Assembly: GCA_903907925.1 (NCBI GenBank)
Contig: CAIVQB010000073.1
Location: 2,780 to 66,779 of the forward strand
Direction: 5' to 3'
DNA from: an uncultured Verrucomicrobiota bacterium
GTDB taxonomy: Bacteria > Verrucomicrobiota > Verrucomicrobiia > Limisphaerales > UBA9464
Length of the DNA: 64,000 nucleotides
Shown here: one piece after another, positions 58,560-64,000 of the stretch
Position numbering within the stretch: the first letter of the stretch is position 1
How the letters are laid out: each line of letters begins with the position of its first letter
Notes under the pieces: model-generated
What the model saw: the letters and a program-made list of their open reading frames with translations, nothing else
What the model was told of the DNA's origin: nothing
The model's database searches: none
Translations under genes and position numbers: made by a program

Positions 58560-60533
58560 ATGTTTGTCTATCCAAAGCACTACGACGTCATTGTCGTGGG
58601 AGCCGGTCATGCCGGCGTGGAAGCGGCGTTGGCCGCCGCGCGGATGGGTGCCAGCACGCTGCTGCTCACGATCAACCTGGATACGATCGGGCAAATGTCC
58701 TGTAATCCGGCGATCGGTGGACTCGCCAAAGGTCATTTGGCCCGGGAAATCGACGCGCTGGGGGGCGAGATGGGGCGGACGACCGACATGGCCGGGCTTC
58801 AGTTCCGGATGCTTAACACCAAGAAGGGCCCCGCGGTGTGGGCGCCCCGGGCGCAATGCGACAAGAAGGCCTATCAATTCCGGCTGAAATGGATCTGCGA
58901 ACGGCAGGCCAATCTGGACTGCAAACAGGGGCAGACCCTCCGATTGCTGCACCGCGATGGAACCGTCTACGGTGTGGAGACCGGTTTGGAGGTTCAGTTC
59001 CACGGGACCACGGTGATAATAACGACCGGAACGTTTCTGAGGGGATTGATGCACGTCGGAGCGAACCAGCAGTCCGGCGGCCGGGCGGGTGAATCGGCAG
59101 CCATGGGTTTGTCCGCCTCGTTGAAGGAAGTGGGATTGGAACTGGGCCGGCTCAAAACCGGCACCCCACCCCGGCTCGTCCGGCAGTCGATCGACTTTTC
59201 GAAATGCCAAGCTCAGCACGGTGACGAACCCGTCCCCTGGTTCACCTATTGGAAAGAAGATCTCTGGACCGATCCATTGTTCCACGTGGAACAATCGACT
59301 GGATCTGCGCCTCCCGTGGAACCCGCGGAGGAGGTTGCCGGTTACCCTCCGGGGTCCATTCTGGCGCAGATTGGCAAACAACTGCCCTGTTATCTGACCC
59401 GGACCACCCCCCGGACTCGGGAGCTGGTGACGGCCAATCTCCACAAATCGCCGATGTATGCCGGGGTCATCGAAGGAATCGGACCCCGGTATTGCCCCAG
59501 CATCGAAGACAAGTTCGTACGCTTCGCCGAAAAGGAGGATCATCAGGTCTTCCTCGAACCGGAGGGGATTCAAACCGACGAGATCTACGTCAACGGCTTT
59601 TCCACCTGCCTGCCCTTTGACGTCCAGATCGAGATGGTTCGCAGCATCGTCGGGTGCGAGTCGGCCGAAATCATGCGACCGGCCTATGCGGTGGAGTATG
59701 ACTTCAGTCCGCCCACCCAGCTTTTCCCGACCCTGGAAACCAAGGTCTGCCGCAATCTATTCCTCGCCGGCCAGATCAATGGGACCTCGGGCTATGAGGA
59801 AGCCGGAGCCCAGGGGCTCATCGCCGGCATCAATGCCGCGCGGCGCGTGCAACATCGCGAACCGATCGTTCTGCGCCGGGACCAGGCCTATATCGGAGTC
59901 TTGATTGATGATCTGGTCACCAAGGGCACTCAGGAGCCGTATCGGATGTTTACCTCACGGGCGGAGTACCGGCTGTTGCTCCGGCAGGACAACGCGGACG
60001 AGCGCCTGAGTCGGTTGGGATTTGAAGTGGGACTACTCCCGGAGCGGCACCTTCGCCGCTACGAGGCCAAGGCGGCGGCGGTCATTGCCGAACGGCACCG
60101 ACTCGACACCACCCGCATTGGCCAGGATTCGTTAACCCAATTGCTCCGTCGGCCCGAGGTGACGTATCAGAATCTACCCGGCACTCATCCGCGGCTTGCG
60201 GAAGAGATCACCAGCCAGGTGGAAATCTTTGTGAAATACGAGGGGTATATAGTGCGGCAGGAAATGGAGGTCGCACGGTTCAAGGATCTTGAGGATCGCG
60301 GCATTCCCGACGGATTCGATTTCGCAGCGATTCCCGGAATCCGGCTCGAAGCCCGTCAAAAGATGATTCAAATCCGCCCGACAACGGTGGCTCAAGCCAC
60401 ACGCATCTCCGGTGTCTCCCCGGCGGACGTTTCGTTGCTCATGGTGTGGTTGAAACGCGCCTCTGGAACTCGAACCCTGATTGAACCGTCCAACGAAGTG
60501 CCTCCGAATTCCTGCGACGAGTGCATCGAGTGA
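58560..60533 (+). CDS. mnmG: tRNA uridine-5-carboxymethylaminomethyl modification enzyme MnmG (GidA)
   Basis: MFVYPKHYDVIVVGAGHAGVEAALAAARMGASTLLLTINLDTIGQMSCNPAIGGLAKGHLAREIDALGG. The ORF-track extension back to 58383 is rejected. Confidence 0.95.
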   Translation: MFVYPKHYDVIVVGAGHAGVEAALAAARMGASTLLLTINLDTIGQMSCNPAIGGLAKGHLAREIDALGGEMGRTTDMAGLQFRMLNTKKGPAVWAPRAQCDKKAYQFRLKWICERQANLDCKQGQTLRLLHRDGTVYGVETGLEVQFHGTTVIITTGTFLRGLMHVGANQQSGGRAGESAAMGLSASLKEVGLELGRLKTGTPPRLVRQSIDFSKCQAQHGDEPVPWFTYWKEDLWTDPLFHVEQSTGSAPPVEPAEEVAGYPPGSILAQIGKQLPCYLTRTTPRTRELVTANLHKSPMYAGVIEGIGPRYCPSIEDKFVRFAEKEDHQVFLEPEGIQTDEIYVNGFSTCLPFDVQIEMVRSIVGCESAEIMRPAYAVEYDFSPPTQLFPTLETKVCRNLFLAGQINGTSGYEEAGAQGLIAGINAARRVQHREPIVLRRDQAYIGVLIDDLVTKGTQEPYRMFTSRAEYRLLLRQDNADERLSRLGFEVGLLPERHLRRYEAKAAAVIAERHRLDTTRIGQDSLTQLLRRPEVTYQNLPGTHPRLAEEITSQVEIFVKYEGYIVRQEMEVARFKDLEDRGIPDGFDFAAIPGIRLEARQKMIQIRPTTVAQATRISGVSPADVSLLMVWLKRASGTRTLIEPSNEVPPNSCDECIE

Positions 60534-60836
60534 CGCGACATCCCGGGTGGTTGCCAGCCCGCATCGTTGGGTTCCAACAGCGGTCCAAGGGGGCTGAAGG
60601 CATCTGCCCGACGACGGGTCACCCGCAATCCCGACTGCCACCCAACCTGCACGAACGCATCGCTCGGACGTCAGCAAAAGCCGTTTATAGTTTACGATTG
60701 TAATTTATAAATCAGACCCGAACCCGTTGAATCCAATGCACTGCGCATAACTCAGCGATTAAACGCCTTGAAATTCTGAGGGCGGCCCTTCTACTGCTGG
60801 CATCTCCTAGATGAATCCCCCTGAGTGGGGGGATTG

Positions 60837-60891
60837 GCGGGCTTGGGCGGTGCAATTTCCGTGTGCCACCCCCAAGCCCGCTTTTTCTTTT
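60837..60891 (+). terminator. Strong intrinsic terminator about 300 nt downstream of mnmG and about 155 nt upstream of the next gene
   Basis: GCGGGCTTGGGCGGTG / CACCCCCAAGCCCGC forms a 15-bp stem with one bulge. It is followed by TTTTTCTTTT and preceded by a second hairpin AATCCCCC-TGAGT-GGGGGATT (60814-60835). Confidence 0.65.
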
Positions 60892-61045
60892 GCGAGCTCC
60901 ACTGACGAGCCGGACTGAATTCCCGGAATTCAATCGGTGGATTGCGATGGGAAAACCCGGCCCGGTAGGGAGGATTTTGGCTGGCGCGACACCGCGGGAG
61001 GCGTAGAAAGAGCGAGTCCCACACTGCACGAACCGTCGCACGGCT

Positions 61046-61801
61046 ATGAATCGCTCCCTAAATCCTCGAAAAGCGCAGGCGTTCACCCTGATTGAACTCC
61101 TCGTTGTGATCGCCATTATCGCCATTCTGGCGGGCATGCTCTTGCCTGCTTTGTCCAAGGCAAAGAGTAAGGCAAACTCGATCGCCTGCCTCAGCAACAC
61201 CAAGCAGTTGGGGCTGGCGTGGATCCTATACAGCGGAGATTTTCGGGAGGAGCTGGTCCCGAATCATGTCGGTGACAACAACGCGTGGATTCTTGGTGAC
61301 GTCAACGCAGCACCCGGAGACACCAACGTTCTGAACATCAAGAATGGACTCCTTTGGAAGTACAACACCTCCCTCGGAATCTATGTCTGCCCGTCGGACG
61401 ACTACAAACGGAATAACAAGACCAGAACCATCCGGGTTCGTAGTTTTTCGATGTCCGGTCAGATGAACAGCGATGTCCAGTCGGTCAACGCGAAGTACCC
61501 CATCCGAAAAAAGACCTCGGACATCATCCACCCAGATCCCTCGGATGCACTGGTTTTCATCGACGAAAGCAGCAAAACATTGGAAGATGGCTACTTCGCG
61601 ATCCAAGTGGACACGCGCGTTTGGCAAAACGATCCATCCGACCGGCACAGCCGAGGGGCGAACATTTCTTTCGCCGACGGCCATTCTCAGATTTTCAAAT
61701 GGTTGGAGCCAATGACCGGGAAGCACGACTACAATGCGCCCGCCTTGAAGCCGGTCGACCGAGACTTCGACAAACTGGCCCCTACGATTGCCATGCCATG
61801 A
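61046..61801 (+). CDS. Prepilin-type N-terminal cleavage/methylation domain protein of the H-X9-DG (DUF1559-like) family
   Basis: The N-terminus reads [29 protein letters not shown]. The C-terminal [13 protein letters not shown] gives H-X9-DG. Confidence 0.9.
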   Translation: MNRSLNPRKAQAFTLIELLVVIAIIAILAGMLLPALSKAKSKANSIACLSNTKQLGLAWILYSGDFREELVPNHVGDNNAWILGDVNAAPGDTNVLNIKNGLLWKYNTSLGIYVCPSDDYKRNNKTRTIRVRSFSMSGQMNSDVQSVNAKYPIRKKTSDIIHPDPSDALVFIDESSKTLEDGYFAIQVDTRVWQNDPSDRHSRGANISFADGHSQIFKWLEPMTGKHDYNAPALKPVDRDFDKLAPTIAMP

Positions 61802-61860
61802 CAAAACCCGCGGTAATCGCTACCTAGTGCACCCGCCACGATCAGATTTTTAATCATTCC

Positions 61861-62709
61861 ATGAGATTCGGCATCAATTCCTTCCTGTTCACCTCTCCGT
61901 TCACCACGGAGAGCGCGTCACTCTTCCCCAAGTTCAAAAAGTGGGGATTCGACACCGTCGAGATCCCCATTGAGGATCCCTCCCACATTGACGCCGCCAA
62001 GGTCCGGGTCGCCCTCGACAAAGCCGGCCTGAAGTGCGGATCGATCTGCGCCTGCATGGGACCCGGCCGCGACTTCCGGGGAACGCCTGAAGAACAGAAG
62101 ACCGCGATGGACTACTGCAAGGCCCTGATCGATCAAGCGGTGGTGCTCGGTTGTCCTTCAATGATCGGTCCGGTGTACAGCGTTGTCGGCAAGGCCGATG
62201 CCGTGGAACCCGCTCAGCAAAAGAAGGAATGGGCTCTGGTGGTCAAGAACCTCAAGGTACTCGCCAAGTATGCCCAAAAGAAGGGCATCCAGATCTGTGT
62301 GGAGCCCTTGAACCGATTCGAGACCGATTTCCTCAATACCTGCGATCAGGGATTGAAGTTGATCAAGGACGTCGGATCCCCGGCACTGAAACTCCACCTC
62401 GACACGTTCCATATGAACATCGAGGAAAAGAATCAGGCCATCGCCATCAAGAAGGCGGGCAAACTCCTCGCTCATTTTCATGCCTGCGGCACCGATCGTG
62501 GCACCCCGGGCAACGATTCGCTCCAATGGGAGCCCATCGTCAAGGCCCTCAAGGCGATCAAGTACAAGGGCGATGTGGTCATCGAATCGTTCACCACCGA
62601 CGTCAAGGTGATCGCCCGGGCGGCTGCCATTTGGCGACGGATTGAACCGACCCGTGACGAAATCGCCGTCAAGGGTCTCAAGAACCTCAAGAAATCATTC
62701 GGTCGCTGA
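61861..62709 (+). CDS. Sugar phosphate isomerase/epimerase (ketose 3-epimerase-like TIM barrel)
   Basis: MRFGINSFLFTSPF, FDTVEIPIED, ICVEPLNRFETDFLNT, LHLDTFHMNIEE and VVIESF are present. Confidence 0.85.
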   Translation: MRFGINSFLFTSPFTTESASLFPKFKKWGFDTVEIPIEDPSHIDAAKVRVALDKAGLKCGSICACMGPGRDFRGTPEEQKTAMDYCKALIDQAVVLGCPSMIGPVYSVVGKADAVEPAQQKKEWALVVKNLKVLAKYAQKKGIQICVEPLNRFETDFLNTCDQGLKLIKDVGSPALKLHLDTFHMNIEEKNQAIAIKKAGKLLAHFHACGTDRGTPGNDSLQWEPIVKALKAIKYKGDVVIESFTTDVKVIARAAAIWRRIEPTRDEIAVKGLKNLKKSFGR

Positions 62710-62730
62710 ACGAATCTCCCCATTTTCCTC

Positions 62731-63474
62731 ATGAAGAAAACTCTGTTTTCGTGCCTGCTGCCGGCTCTGCTCGGCGTTCTGGCCATCACCCAGTCCGGCT
62801 GCAAAACCAGCGCCGGGGCTGAACCCGGATTCGTCAGCCTCTTCGACGGAAAGACGCTCGCCGGATGGGACGGCCTCCCTAATCACTGGAAGGTCCAGGA
62901 CGGAACCATCACCGGGTACACCGAACGCGAGAACCCGCTGAAGGGAAACACGTTCCTGGTCTGGACCAACGGCTCGGTCGCCAATTTCGAACTGCACGCC
63001 CGCTACCGGATTACACCGGTCAACGACGTCGGCTTCGCCAATTCGGGAATCCAATATCGCAGCAAGCTGGTCGATCCCGCCGGATTTGTCGTTGGCGGCT
63101 ACCAGGCGGATTTCGAAGCGGGCAAGACCTACAGCGGCATCCTTTACGAGGAGCGCGGTCGCGGGATTCTCGCCGAACGGGGTCAACGGACCCGGGTCAC
63201 CGAAGTGAACGGCCAAACCCGGATCCTGAAGGTGGGCGATCTCGCTCCTTCCGCCGAACTTCAGGCGAATATCAAATCGGGCGATTGGAACGACTATGTG
63301 ATCATCGCCGATGGAAACCATCTCATGCACTTCATCAATGGCCGCATGACCATCGACGTTGTGGATGAGCAACCCGCCAAGGCGGCCCGCAGCGGAATCC
63401 TCGCTCTGCAAATCCACGCCGGACCTCCGATGATGGTCCAGTTCAAGGATATCCAGATCAAGCGGCTGCCGTAA
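62731..63474 (+). CDS. DUF1080 (3-keto-disaccharide hydrolase-like) lipoprotein
   Basis: The lipobox is LAITQSGC. It also has FVSLFDGKTLAGWDGLPNHWKVQDGTITG and SGILALQIHAGPPMMVQFKDIQIKRL. Confidence 0.85.
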   Translation: MKKTLFSCLLPALLGVLAITQSGCKTSAGAEPGFVSLFDGKTLAGWDGLPNHWKVQDGTITGYTERENPLKGNTFLVWTNGSVANFELHARYRITPVNDVGFANSGIQYRSKLVDPAGFVVGGYQADFEAGKTYSGILYEERGRGILAERGQRTRVTEVNGQTRILKVGDLAPSAELQANIKSGDWNDYVIIADGNHLMHFINGRMTIDVVDEQPAKAARSGILALQIHAGPPMMVQFKDIQIKRLP

Positions 63475-63588
63475 TCCGCCGGGAAGGCCGGATCAAAAAA
63501 CGACCGAGACCCGTCCGGCATACCGGCGGGTTTCGGGATTCGCCTTGCGCGATACAGGGGGTGTCGCCACTTTTTGGCGATTCATTCC

Positions 63589-64000
63589 ATGCACGTCCCC
63601 GTAGCGTCCGCTCACCAGTTTCAATCGGAATCCCCCACAAATCGCAGGCCCGCCGCGGCTGCGTGGACTTGGGTTTTGGGATTCGCGTTCCTCGCGCTCG
63701 TCCTCGGCACCGGGTGTGCCACGTCGACGCCAGCCGCACCGAAACGGATCGTATTGATCGCCGGCAAACCCAGCCATCCGCCGGGGATGCATGAGTTCCG
63801 GGCCGGTTGTCTGTTACTCCAGAAGTCGCTCGCCGGCTACCCCGGAGTCGTCGTCGATGTCTATTCCAACGGATGGCCCGTCAAGCAGGTGGACGGCGCG
63901 TGGGTGGATGATTCTGCGAAATTGGAGGGCGCAGCGGCGATCGTGATTTACGCCGACGGCGGCGGTGGTCACCCCGCCATCAAGCCCGAGCGCATGCAAT
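63589..64000 (+). CDS. ThuA-like domain lipoprotein, 3' end outside the window
   Basis: This frame is not in the ORF track because it is open-ended. It reads MHVPVASAHQ...FLALVLGTGC (lipobox), then RIVLIAGKPSHPPGMHEFRAGCLLLQKSL...AAAIVIYADGGGGHPA. Confidence 0.6.
   Translation, partial: MHVPVASAHQFQSESPTNRRPAAAAWTWVLGFAFLALVLGTGCATSTPAAPKRIVLIAGKPSHPPGMHEFRAGCLLLQKSLAGYPGVVVDVYSNGWPVKQVDGAWVDDSAKLEGAAAIVIYADGGGGHPAIKPERMQ

Noticed and set aside
57890-61045. I considered whether the chromosomal replication origin lies near mnmG (gidA), given the AT-rich patch at about 60683-60712.
   Set aside because: I found no cluster of DnaA-box-like 9-mers (TTATCCACA or its complement) in the flanking intergenic regions. 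No dnaA, dnaN, parA or parB genes are present, and GC skew cannot be computed here.
60712-61203. A 163-aa minus-strand ORF spans the long spacer and overlaps the start of the H-X9-DG gene.
   Set aside because: It overlaps a well-supported gene start on the other strand and runs through the terminator hairpins. It has no recognisable domain.

Overview
High-GC bacterial chromosome segment, gene-dense, with no rRNA genes and no CRISPR array. The gene content points to the PVC superphylum, most likely Verrucomicrobiota. Supporting genes are a PSD1/DUF1549/DUF1553 plus DUF1501 pair, a PVC-type CxxCH heme-binding 'membrane-bound dehydrogenase' protein, a PEP-CTERM protein, an H-X9-DG prepilin-type protein, DUF1080 proteins and a ThuA-like protein. 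Layout: (i) 1-7347 is a composite accessory region. It holds the 3' part of an IS256-family transposase, two visibly lower-GC secreted-protein genes, and a four-gene leftward module (primase-like, HTH/excisionase-like, two unknowns) that abuts the 3' end of tRNA-Phe(GAA) and has no recognisable integrase. (ii) 7.5-12.6 kb is a sugar-acid catabolism cluster (TIM-barrel isomerase, MFS transporter, IlvD/Edd dehydratase, DapA-family enzyme). (iii) 12.6-15.0 kb encodes a DUF455 (di-iron ferritin-like) plus ATP-grasp-like fusion protein. (iv) 15.1-16.2 kb holds a decayed Y1 (IS200/RayT-like) transposase relic, next to an AT-rich single-gene cassette bracketed by 25-bp inverted repeats. (v) 16-49 kb consists of PVC hallmark genes and many secreted glycan- or protein-degrading enzymes, three of which look damaged (an in-frame TAG, a homopolymer frameshift, and truncations). 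(vi) 49-64 kb is mostly housekeeping (thyA, rRNA methyltransferase, PIN-PhoH, GT2, SurA-like PPIase, ndk, mnmG) followed by a keto-sugar gene set. The most unusual items are the inverted-repeat cassette with its orphan membrane protein, the integrase-less tRNA-Phe island, the DUF455/ATP-grasp fusion, a eukaryote-like PRMT homolog, a membrane protein with a ParB-type N-terminal peptide upstream of mnmG, and several repeats and palindromes. All calls rest on reading the sequence and ORF translations by eye. No database search or computation was run, and the many long antisense ORFs are treated as high-GC artefacts.
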